Shown here piece after piece: positions 40,601-54,086 of a stretch of DNA of 64,000 bases (positions are counted from its first letter, which is position 1; every line of letters starts with the position of its first letter). The notes beneath the pieces are model-generated. The model ran no database searches and was not told where the DNA came from. It worked only from the letters and a program-made list of their open reading frames with translations. This DNA comes from Octopus vulgaris. Its lineage: Eukaryota. The position numbers and the translations under genes were made by a program. The stretch covers positions 23,870,001 through 23,934,000 of the forward strand of contig OX597823.1 in the NCBI GenBank assembly GCA_951406725.2, written 5' to 3'.

Positions 40601-43600
40601 ACACAATAATGGATGACTGTCAATTTTCATGACCTTGTAACTTCTAACATTTGGGCTTGAAACTCTCCAGATCTCAATCCATTGGCCTACTATGTGTAAA
40701 GCATTGTTGAGAGAGAGAGGGCAATCAACATCCCCTTAACATCAAGGATTCTGTGAAAGCCACTGTTATCAGAGTAATGTCCAATATGAACCATTGCCAT
40801 TTACTTCAGGTATGTGGACAATTCAGATCTTGCAGAAAAGCAGTTATTGATGCTGAAGGTAGCTACACTGAATAAGGGCATGCATAAAGAAGATAAACAA
40901 GCTTATATATAGAAATGTTTTGGTAATAAAGTCGTTTACTGTTATTATATGTATGTTTTTCTATGAAACAAATTCTTAAATACCTTACACCCCCTATATA
41001 TACAGATGTGTATGAGTGTATACATTCATACATAAATACATATATGTGCCTATTTCTATCTGTGTACATGTTTCTTCAGTATGTTTCAGTCAATATCTTT
41101 TATTCCAAATTTGTCATTATCTCCTCATCCTTACCCTCCTCCTAACATATGCTCACCATTGATACCAATTTCTCTTGTCATTTCCAGTTTTTAAAATTGT
41201 TGACTGTGGACCACCAAAAGACATTACTGGTGCTTCAAAGTCCTATAAAAGCACTACCTATAAATCTAAAGTAATCTACACTTGTCCAGAAGGAGAAAAA
41301 TTAAGATCAATATGTGCAGAGGACGATAAATGGACCCCAGTAGCATCTTCTTGTAAAGGTAATGAAAATAGGCTCTCACTTGTTGCTTGTGTCTATGTAA
41401 TTTTGTTTTATTTTTGTGTTGAGTATTTTTGTCAGAGGAAGAATTGTTGTGTTCATGACAATTTCTATTGGGATAGTGGCTGTTGGAAAAGGGAGAAGTT
41501 ATGCTCAGAGTAGAGACCTCTTCAAATGCTTGCAACAGTGTGGGCTTTGTGAGTGTTACCCAAGGGCCAGGTAATGCAATGAAATTGAGAGATGTTTCAT
41601 GTGTACCAAACAAGCACAAGAAGAGTGAAATCTTGTACCCTCCTGAAATTTCCATGGAGTTTCTATCAAGCAAATTTCATGCACAGAGCTTAGATGTGTT
41701 GCAAAGTCTTAAGCACACAGACAGGACTCTATCCAATGCCTAATTGTTGTTAAACAAAACTATTATGTCCACATCTATACCTCACCTCATCTTGACTTTT
41801 TTCTCTTGACCTTTCTCATCCATACTTTGTGTCATCATATATTATTCTGTACAATACAATGCATTGCGTTTTTTCTTTACTATAATTCAGCAATCCTCTG
41901 AAACAGATTTCTGATGCTCAAATGATATTCCATCCAGTCCACCATTCTAAATTATAATAATAAAAATAATAATAATGATGCTTTCTAATTTAGGCAAAAA
42001 AGCTAGTAATTGTCAATAGATGACATTGAGTCAGTATCATCAATTCCAGTTCCTGATTGGTATGTTATGCTATTGACCCCTGCAAGAATGAAAGACAAAG
42101 TTGACACTGACTGGATTTGAACTGAACAAATGAAGATCCTGAATACATATCATAAAGAATTTTTATTCTAATTCTGCAATTAGTATACATGTATTCATAT
42201 GATGTACTCAGTGTAATGTATGGACACACAAGAAGTACAGTGGAATAATATGAAGGTTATCAGAGAAAGTAGTGTTCATATGTGGAAGATGCCTGGGAGT
42301 CATGAAAACTACTGATACCCAGGAAATTGATTTTCTCAAATTTCCTAGAGACTCATTAGAGTTAGTGGATAATTTCTGCTACCTGGGAGACCATATTAGT
42401 AGTGGGAAAGGATGTATGGAGAGTAGCTAGAATAAGGATAGGATGGAGAAAATTCATAGAGCTTTTACCTCTGTTGACAAACAAAACTTTTTCTCTCCAA
42501 GTGAGAGGATTGTATAATGCATGTATATGGACAGTGATTCTACATGGTTGTGAGATATGAGCCCTAAATGCAGAGAACATGTGAAGGCTTGAGAGGAATC
42601 AGGCTATTATGCTCTGCTGAATGCATAATGTAAGTGTACATGTTTGACAGAGTGCTAGTTTATTAAGAGAGAAGTTAGGCATAAGAGAAATTAAATAGAG
42701 TGTGCAAGAGAGAAGATTGTACTGGTTTGGTCATGTGGTGTGAATGGATGCTGATAACTCCATAAAGAAGTACTGATTTCTCAAAGTGGATGGAACTCAT
42801 AGAAGATAAATAAATCTAATGCTTCGATGTACTCAAGAAGTTCCATCCACCACAACAGAAGTGTTAATGTCACTCCGTCTCAGGAAGAGGATTGGTCTGT
42901 AAGTGTCCTGAATCAGTGGACTTCCTTTACTTGCACTTCCAAAGACTCTAGAAAGTTGTCTATAGTATTTCCTGATCAATAAGATCTAAAACAAACTTGA
43001 CAGTTCATTTACTTCAATGCACAGAACATCCTTGGGAATGGTGGTATTCATTTTCCTCAATTCACAGTGATTCCCTGAGTATTTTGTACACTAACCCTTA
43101 ATAAATTGCTAGACTGGAACACCCACTAATTCTGTTGTCCATGTCAGGTTTCATCCTGTGTACTTTATTGTTTGTAATCCTTAGGATTACATTAGATGAT
43201 ATGGCTACTCTTTTTTTTATGATATTGGGGTGGAATCATCACCATCCTCACTTTTGATAACACTACCACCTAGTCAAGGTGTGATGGACAACACCTAATC
43301 CAGTGTTAATATATCTGTATATTACAGTGACAAACACATTGCTAAGGCTTCGCATGAGCTACTTTAACATCATAAGTGTAAGATAGAGGGTGGCCTGAGA
43401 GTTTCATAACATCTTTTAAATTTTTCTGTCATGACTAGCTTATAAAAAAATATATGTACCACTTTGTTGTAATATATTATATATTCACTATTTTGAGATA
43501 TGCCCAAACAATTGAAAAAATCAGTAAGATAATGTGATATTCATGTCTTTTTCAAGAGCAGTATCTGCAAATGTAAAGTTAGTTGACTTAGGCTCAGAAT

Positions 43601-45361
43601 CAAACTCAGATCCTTGGACTCACACAACACATGATGGTGATGATCATCTTCATCATTTAGCAACTACTTTCTGTGCTGGCATGGATTAGACAGTTTGACT
43701 GGAAATGGCAAGCGAGGGAGCTGTACCAGGTTTCAGTTTCATTTGGCATGGTTTGTATGGCTGGATGCCCTTCCTAGTGCTAATCACTTCAAGATTGTAG
43801 GGGATGTGATTTATATGTCACTGGCATAGGTCCTTTTAAGTGTCATTAGCCACGACCATGATTTCACTTAGCCTGATGAGTCTTCACAAGCCAAGCAAAT
43901 CACTAACAGTCTCAATCATTTGTCATTGTCTCTGTGAGACCCAACATTTGAAGATTATACTTCACCCTTTGTCCCAATTCATGTTTTTACTTAAAGAACA
44001 GCTATGAGAAATATACTCTGGTTCACTTCCTGCTTAGAAAACAAATAGTAGAGTGGCTGCTTCTTGAACCAAGATATTATGTTAATGACTTATTCTGGTC
44101 ATCAGATTCAGAAAAGACTGTAAAGTTTATCAGTTATTTGTTTTCTTTTATCTTATTTTTGTGCATATTACAAAAATATACTTTTACATGAATAAAATTT
44201 CATTGCCTGTTACATTAGGTTTTTAGTATTCCCATTTTCTACATATTTATATTTAGTCATTCAAAATGATGACAGTCATGTTGTAACATTGGTAAAGTCA
44301 TGTCTTGCAGTGACTAGCCATATTTAGTTACCTTCTTTTATATTATGAATTCAAATCCCATCTGAATATATATTCATCTTTCACTATTTGGAGGTCAATA
44401 AAACTAGCATTAGTCGAGTACTGAGTTTCATTTATTCATATGCATTCCCACTGCAAAATGTGTTTGCATTAGAAACCATTATCATACACATAATTGATAT
44501 CAACAATAATTATAATTATTCCCGTTGTTAAAGTTAATGTATTCACAGAATAATTAGTGCATCAGACAAACTGTGTTGAGATATTGTTTTGGCACATCAA
44601 CCTCTGATTCCAAATCCTACTGATGATAATTTTGCCCTTGCAGGCCCAGTAAATTAAAATAATATTTAAGCATAGAGGCCATATTTTATTGATTAGCTCC
44701 TTAAATTTTTGTCCTTTCTATGTTAGAAATTATTAATATTGTTATTGTTTTTGACTTACATTCATCTAAATCTTACTTCAATTCCAGTCACTGAGCTGCA
44801 TTTTGTGAAAGTCAAAGATGCAATTTTGGATGTATCCGGAAAACGGTTGGTCAAGGAAAATGTAACAGCTGATGTTTGTGCTGAAAAATGTTTGTATAAT
44901 TCAAAGTGTTTAGCATTTGAAATAACTAAAGAAAGTGGAAACTGTTACTTATCTACACAGACAGCAGCTTCCTCTATGAAAATTAAATCAGACAAAAGCA
45001 GAGATTATTACCAACGAGTAAAATGTAATTATTATTTGTATTTTATTATTGTTTTTCTTTTTCTTCATTTTCTGAAATTTGTGAATCCATTTATACTTCA
45101 TAGTATATAGATAACCATTTCTGTAAAGACATTGACAGATTTACCTATCATGACAAGTATAGACATGTTCCTGAAAAAGACAAAACAATATTAGGAACTG
45201 TAAATACTGAGGGTATTCTCATACAGAATTTGTTCACTTTGAACTATTTTATGCATGTTTACAATAATTCTTTTTTATACCAGAAAGAAATCTCTTGTTG
45301 TTTGCTGTAAACTTGAATAATTGCATTGGTGGTGGTAGTGGTGGTGGTAGTGGTAGTGGTG

Positions 45362-45420
<59 letters not shown>

Positions 45421-47411
45421 TTCCAATTTAAGCCAAATAAAAGCAGATTGAATCAGTGTTAATCAATACATCTGGTATTATATTGTATCAACCTTGAATG
45501 GCAAGGTTGATATCAGCAGAGTTTGAGCTCAGAATGTAGTAAACTGGAGGGAATACTACAATGTGGCATGGCTTATGCACATTATCTTGTTATTCTTCAT
45601 AATCTAATATACAAAATAACAGGAAAAGAGATGCCAGTCAATGAAGCTGCATATCTTCTATATATTAGCATTGTTATTGTGGCTAGATAACCCTCCTATC
45701 ACCAACTATTATACCACATATGATGAGTACATTTTACCATGCTGCTAGAGTTAGAAAAGGTGTCTGCAGTGACTAAAGAATCCTCTCAACATAAAATAAG
45801 TTCCTATTCAGAATAACTCCATGATATAAAATCAAAATGTTCAGCAATTTCACCCATTTTTATCAGAAGGATCTTTTCCTTTCCTATCAAAATTCTTCCT
45901 TCTGAAACCACTGGACATCAGGGGAAATTTACTAGTTGTAGTGATTTCTTTGTCCTACCCATGCCATCATGGAAAGCAGATGTTAAATGATGATGATGAT
46001 GTTGATCATCTATGAGGAACTATAACTGGTCCAAAGTCACAGACTGCTCTGTGATATTCCAGGTACCCTCAAGAAATTGAAGCACATTTACTGCTCAGGT
46101 ATAAACAGACAGTTGACTAGCAATTTCATGTCCTGTAAACAGCTATATCAAAAATAGATTAAAGAAGAGACTTAGATGTAAAAATACTGATTGTTACCAA
46201 CGATTGCTACAACAATTGTTAACTACATTCAACCAAGTGGATATTATTTCAGAATTGAAGTCAGGCACTAGAGAAATGATACTCCAACAGAAAGCCTAAC
46301 AAGTGGAATTTCATAGGAATTTCAAGTTCTACTCCCACACTATAATAAGAAACTTAGTAGTTGGCATTACTAAAAAATTTGAGTTATGTTCAGATAATTT
46401 TGACAGCAATTTTTTACAGTATAACAGGATGCTAACTTGGATTGGCATTGGAGAGAAACTACTATTTGCACACCCAAAGAAAATTAGAAAGATAACTTGA
46501 TTCAATCCTTTCAACCTAAATATCTCTGGCAATATATCAAGTGAATTTTTATTCCGTATTAGGACATTTTTGAGGCACAGATATGTACCACAAGCTTCTG
46601 AATGTGCATGGTGTTGAGGTTGGTTACTACTGTATAAATACATGGTTCCAGTATTGTGTAATACAAGAGGAAATACATACACTTATCCCATTCACGCACC
46701 CGTAACTATCAAAATCAATCCACCTCTCCACTGAGAGCATTTTGACTTTCTAAGGCAGTATTTTACAAAGCAACTCTCTTATAGTGCCTGATGGCTCCTG
46801 AATGAATTACATGGGACTTGCAGCTAATGGCTTCAAGGAAATTTTGAGTGAGCATATATACTTCTGCAAGTTCATGCACATGATAAAGTCCACCTACCGG
46901 TCTTGTGTTATCTGGAAACTTGAGAAGCAGGAAAATTCTCTATAAAGTACAACCAGGAGCATATTCAACTAATCCACTCCTTATTTATCAGGCAATGTCT
47001 TTGTCTTTCAGTGTTTGTGTGTGTTTATGTTTTTGTATTTGCCACCCAACCCTACCAACACTTGACAGCTGGTGTTATTGTTTACATAATTTAGCTGTTT
47101 GCCAAAATGGTACAATAGAATAAGTACCAAACTTTAAAAAATGCGTACTAGGGTTGACTCAGTTAACTGAAAATGCTTTAAAGCAGTGTCATCTAATGAC
47201 TGCAGTCTAATGACTGAAACAAGTAAAAGATAAAAGATTTTTATATATATATGCATACAATAATAATAATAATAATAAGGATTATATATATAATATATAT
47301 ATATATATATATTATAAAATGAGATAGGGGTTGAAAATTCAACCCACCATTGAGTATCATCGGATAGTTGATGTTTTACTGATTAAAATGTTTCTCCATT
47401 CTCTAATTTTG

Positions 47412-47462
<51 letters not shown>

Positions 47463-48149
47463 TAAATAAATTAGAGACAAAACCACTATTATGCAAATCA
47501 AACAAAGAAAGACTTAAGCCAATACATAAAATAATTTATATAATTAAATTTAATTAAAATAACCACTACGATCGTTTCGTGTCAGCACTTCTATGAGACA
47601 TTCTTCAGGTGGTTTCAAAACCTAAAATATAATCAATATTTTTAAGATATAAATAATCTATATAATCTAAATAAAAATTTACTTATAATAAACTCTATTA
47701 TTAAATATGATTATATCGAAATCGACTATAATGTTAAATATTAACTTTAATTTGGATTTTCTACCTTATAAATTAAAGTTAATATTTAACATTATAGTCG
47801 ATTTCGATATAATCATATTTAATAATAGAGTTTATTATAAGTAAATTTTTATTTAGATTATATAGATTATTTATATCTTAAAAATATTGATTATAATTTA
47901 GGTTTTGAAACCACCTGAAGAATGTCTCATAGAAGTGCTGACACGAAACGATCGTAGTGGTTATTTTAATTAAATTTAATTATATAAATTATTTTATGTA
48001 TTGGCTTAAGTCTTTCTTTGTTTGATTTGCATAATAGTGGTTTTGTCTCTAATTTAATATAATATAATATTTTACTATAAAATTGGATTCAATCCTAAAT
48101 CTGATTTTTCCCTGTAAATTTGGATTTATTCCCTATATATTATATTTAT

Positions 48150-48188
<39 letters not shown>

Positions 48189-49290
48189 TATAATAATAAT
48201 AATAATATCCCTATCGGATATGCCATCAGTTACAAAGGCAGTCATGCTTACCAGCTATGCCGACGGCACAAAAGTCGCACAGTCAGTAATGGAAACCTCT
48301 GATGCTACGCTATGACAGAAAGATCTAGATGCCATCTATACATGGGCTGAGGATAACAACATGCAATTTAATGCAAGTAAATTCCAGGCCCTCTGCTACC
48401 AGTTAAGCACTGCTCAGGAATCACGACATCAGTACGTTGGTCCAAGTAGAGCAACGGTCCCAGAATCAAATACGGTGTGTGATCTTGGGATAGAAATGAG
48501 CAACAGTGCCTCATTTCACACACATATCAACAAAATGGTAGCAGTATCCAGAAGACTGGCTGGTTTGATTCTGAGAACCTTCCAGACAAGGGACCAAGAA
48601 TCTATGATGACACTATGGAAGTCATTTATCCTCAGCTGCCTGGACTACTGCTCTCAGCTATGGTTGCCTTATACTACAAGGATGATAGCAGAGCTTGAAG
48701 CAGTCCAACGACATTACACAAAGAAAGTTGCATCAATGGAACGATTGAGTTACTGGGACAGGTTGAAAGAGCTATGACTCTATTCCCTGGAACGAAGGCG
48801 GGAGAGGTATGCAGTGATATATATATGAAAGATAGTGGAAGGACTGGTACCAAACTTTGGAATAAAGAGCTATACCAGACTACAAACAGGACGTCACTGT
48901 GCTGTCCCCATTGTGCCGACTGCTTCATCACGAGCAAGGATGATGTACTGCAATAACTTGGATTTCAAGGGCCCACAGCTCTTTAACTGTCTGCTGAAGC
49001 ATCTGAGGAGCCTCCATGAAGTGGATGTTGATGTTTTCAAATGTAAACTTGACCTCTGGCTTGCCAAGATCCCGGATGAGCCAATATCTTAGCAAGAAAC
49101 TCAAAAGAGAGCAGTAGCATTGAACTCCATCCTTCACCAGAAGCCGCTCCGACAAAGGTGTAAAGTGAAAAGATGATTATAATGGTGGTGCTCCAGCATG
49201 GCCATAGTCATTGGACTGAAACATATAAGAGAGTAAGAGAAAAAGGATTATTTTGAAGTTTTGTAGTAGTACCTTTAATTCTTTTTTATG

Positions 49291-49328
<38 letters not shown>

Positions 49329-52300
49329 CAGCTTCAAATAGACATACACATGTTTCTAGTGTATCGATTAGTAACCGTTGCAGTTGCAACCCTACTGTAA
49401 TACTGGTGCAGTTTCTTCAAGCTCTTCACTTTAATATCCTTTAATTTAATGGAGTGTAGTGGAGGCAGAAAAAGCAATGGAGGGGATGTGATATGTGCCA
49501 ATTCTGCTCTCAGGTCACTACAAGAGATGAGTAGTACCATTGATTAGTGATAGGTTGTTGGGGATAAGAATCAAGTGTGAAATGCATGACATAGGGTAGG
49601 GGTCTAACAATTATAAGCATAACCATGTGGTTTTAGGATACAATTTTTTGCTGTAATGGGCAACCTCTCTCAAACTGAAAGAAGAGCAAAATGCCAGTCA
49701 TGGTCTTTTATCATCTCCTCTGTAAATCTCTACAAATTCTATCCAATTTAAGTGATCAGCATTTCTTAATGCAACTGTCTTCATTACATGATCAAACCAG
49801 TGCAGTCTTTTCTCCTGCATGCTATATGTAATGTCTAACTTTAGTCTCAAAACATTAGCACTTAGCCTCATTTACCTCTAGTCTTTGCATGTCCTCTGTG
49901 TTCATAGTCTACATCATACTACTATGTAGTGTTGCATTTCATACACAAGCATTATTAAATCAGCCTTTCACGCAGCGAGAGAGAGCTTTTGTTATCAGCA
50001 AAGATAAAAGCTCTCTGAACTTTCTCTATTCTACTCTACTCTACTCTTATTCTATGAGCTACACTTTGAGAACATCCTGCTCTAATGTTAGTTAAATAAC
50101 AGGAACTACCATAGATCACAGAAACTATCTGCTACGTCTGGGGAGCCTACCTCATATCCTATTTCTTGTCAATTATACCTTCTCTAGTTTATGAGTCGGT
50201 ATCAAGAAGTTCCTTGACTAGTTTTGCAGTGTGCCCATAGATGGCAACACATGATTGTGTGCACAAGGAGAGCCAGTACTAACCTTCATGAGATAGTGTG
50301 CTGAGTGACATCATTGTGTTTACTTAGCAAGTTGTGAAATTGGTGTTTTTGTGATCACAGATATGTTGTAGTCTGTGATTTTGTCATGGACATGATCAAA
50401 GAGCCAACGTGAAATTTTGTGTTAAACTTGGGAAGTCTGCTACAGAAATATTGAGCATGCTTTGGCAAGCTTATGACAATGAGGCAATGGGTTCTACACA
50501 ATGTTTCAAGTAGCACAAATGTTTCAAAAGCAAAAGAATGTCCCTGGAAGATGATGAGTGATCTGGAAGATCTGCCACAAATGTCGACCCCAGAAATGTG
50601 GAACTGTGCATCAAGGATTTCTTCCCCAGTTCCAGACCATAAATCTATAGTTCTACTGCAATGTTTTGAAGCAGTTGAGGCAGGACATTTGGCGAAAGTG
50701 ACCAGACCTGTGGAGTGTGAAGAATTGGACTCTTCACCAAGCTCTCTTCACTGGTGAGTTTCTCACCAAAAACAACATAGTATCACTTCTGCATTCACCC
50801 TATTCACCAGATTTAGCCCCTGCAGAATATTATCCTTTTCTCAAGACGAAAATGATGCTCAGAGGTCACGATCCATAACAAATTGCATAAAGTCCTCAAC
50901 TTGCTAATGGAAAACACTTCCAGGCTGGAATCCAAAGTGGTAGGAATGCTGGGACCAGTGTATTGTTGCACAAGGTAACTATTTTGAAGGAGATGTTGTT
51001 CAAACATAGGTGAATAAGTAATGTTTTATTAAACATAACTAGTCTATGAACCTTTTGATACCAGCTCACTCACACATCTCAATGGAATGGAACATCTGCC
51101 CATTTGCTTTGTGTGGAAGAGGTATATTCCTCTGGTCAGATGCTACATTTGATGGAAGACTGTATGTTATGGCTGATGATGCACAAACATGATCTAAAGC
51201 TGAAACATCCCCAGCAATTCCCTGTTGCTATATGTCAGATATTTGTTTTCACAGCTCATCTCTTTGATAGAGCTGTAATTCTTCATCAAGCAAAGATAAA
51301 AACAGGGCAATTGGCATCTGAAATGATATCAAGCACTCACAGTCCACTATCATTTGTGAAATGTGGTTACTTGTAGTTCTATATTGATGTCCTTCAAGAG
51401 ATTAGTGGAGGGCAAGAATGACTACATTCTCATAAAAAATCTAAGTGTTGATGAAAAGCAACTGGTGCTGTGGACCTTCACTCTGGGATGGCATGAATGA
51501 TTTCAGAAATATCTGGATTGGCAATGCTAACAGGGGAGGATAGTGAATTCAAGATAAATTCTACATCATTGGAAGTTCAATCAGTTGGGTGTGTTCCAGC
51601 TGCATGCCAAATGATGAAGCTGTTCTGCATGCCTTTGTCTTGTACCTGTGCATTGTGAATTGTGGAGTTAAGATTCAAACACTTGCTGTCATACATAGGA
51701 TACATCAAGCTATCAAATGAGTTCTTTGAAAACATCGTTCCACTTCTTTCCTCTGGCCAAGAAGGTCAGGTATACTTTATCTGACTGGTGGTGATTGCTA
51801 AGTAGACTGTTTAGTGGACCAGATTGAAAGGGCTGTAAACAGATACCTTTCTCTCTGGTGAAGTTTCCTGCTGTTTTAAGTTTTACTTGAAAAAGAAACT
51901 GAAGATTGAAAGGTAAATGCTGTCACCCAACAAATTTGTTGAAAAGTAAATGAATTGGCAAGCAATGTCCAAGGGCAGATCTGAGTATGCACCATTGGAG
52001 TGTAGAAGCATTATTAATAGAGGACACTAACCTAGTTGGTCAGGGTTTCTGTGGTTTTTGTAGGGTTTCTACCTGTTAACCCCAGAGGTCTTCTTTTCTC
52101 TGGGGAATTATTGTATGATTTTACTTTTTACATACTGTTTTGAATAATCCCACATTGTGTCTTACTACACTTTCCCCAACTTTTATTTTAAATCTTAGTG
52201 GTAAATAAGGAAACATAACTACTACTAATACCACCACCACCACCACTACTACTACTATATATTGAAAATACTTGATAAATACATTGAAGTACTATATATG

Positions 52301-53154
52301 TGAAATTTTGAATAAATTTTAGAAAGCCATCCAACTCAGTATTTTTCCTGGTGGCAATTTATTATAAAAACAGAATCCATTTTCAAACCAGTTTTTAGCA
52401 TAAGACACCTTTCTCAAAATTCATGTGAATTCCGGTATATCACGAGACATAATTGAAATTTCACCTTCATGATTCAGTTGCAGATAATGCATTTGTACAT
52501 CCCTCTTCTGACAGTGTGTTTTTATGTTTGATTTAATGGCCACAACAACAATTGACTCATTCATCAACCATCTGCTGAATAGTATTCCATCCCTATAAAA
52601 ATACAACATTAGAAGCGGGAATATATAAATGTGTTATGTGCAACTTAAGTTTTGAAACACAGAACAAATGACTTTCAGGAGGTGCTACATTTCACATGAA
52701 TCCTGACTAAGTTGTCATTTTGTGTATCAATTATTTGTTTATAATAGATTATCTATTTAAAACATATTATGCACCAGATGTTATATAATATTCAATGTGT
52801 GAGTTTAAGAATTTATTTCTTGTTTTTTTTTTCTCTAGCAAAAGAAGACATTGTTACATTTAAAAAAACTCTTATAAGAGGGGAAGATAGTTTTGAACGA
52901 CTGACTGATGTGAGCTTAATGGAGTGTGCTAAAGCTTGTAATCTAAATCCAAGTTGTAATTCTTATGAGTACAATGAAAAATTTAAGCTCTGTGATCGAA
53001 GTAATGTGACTCACTTGACTCATGACCTTCAACCCAGCAGAGGGAATTGGGATGTTTACATCAGAAACCCAGGTCAGTGGTGTTTGTGTTCTATTTTTAT
53101 GTGCGTGCTTTCATGTGAGTGCGTTTGTATGTTTGCCATATATATGTGTATGTA

Positions 53155-53200
<46 letters not shown>

Positions 53201-53479
53201 GCACGTAAAAAGCACCCAATCCACTCACGGAGTGGTTGGCGTTAGGAAGGGCATCCAGCCGTAGAAACTCTGCCAGATTCAGACTGGAGCCTGGAGCGGC
53301 CCCTGGCTTCCCAGACCCGGTCGAACCGTCCAACCCGTGCTAGCGCGGAAAGCGGACGTTAAACGATGATGATGATGATGATATATATCAATCTGTTTTA
53401 TCTACTATCTATTTATCTATTCATCTACCTGTCTATATATATGTATATACACACACTTATACATGTATATATGTGTATA

Positions 53480-53512
<33 letters not shown>

Positions 53513-54027
53513 TATAATAATAATAACAACATACAGAAAAGAAAATTGCACTACTAGGCACTGCACACATCCTACACAGAACACTTTCCATACAATAACC
53601 ATCAGAGCATCACAACAAATCACAGCACATACCCAAGGCACACAGAGCTGCGCTCGGTAGTGAAGTGAAAGCACGCTATAAAAAAAATAAAACTACTGAA
53701 TAATAATAATAATAATAATAGGGAATATGATTCCAAACTTACAGGGAAAAATTCAATTTAGTAATACTAAATCAAATTTCACAATATATAATATATGTAT
53801 ATAAATTAGAGAAGAACCACTATGTAGCAATTGAACAATGATATAATTAAATCATACCATATAGAAAAAAATTAAATATACTATAAAACATATACCTATA
53901 ATTAAATAAAGTACAAAATAATAAATAAATAGTATATAATTGGTAAAAAGACTACATGTGTTTCATTGCTATATTTTCAAACTGATAGCAGTAAAATCAA
54001 TTCAATTTAACTATAGTCAATTTAAAT

Positions 54028-54086
<59 letters not shown>

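Larger units (their letters stand above)
47467..48056. repeat. Near-perfect 590-bp palindrome (287-bp arms, 16-nt loop)
   Basis: 47467-47753 pairs with 47770-48056; only one mismatch seen (cctaaaatata versus cctaaattata). Confidence 0.95.

Noticed and set aside
46329-46900. Possible PIF1/Helitron helicase relic (FPLVL motif on the minus strand)
   Set aside because: Too degenerate to support without a profile search.
53720-54020. Further hammerhead (minus strand GAAAC-acat-GTA) in a fragment related to the 47.5-48.1 kb repeat
   Set aside because: No CTGANGA core or stem I partner remains; treated as a truncated Penelope-like end.
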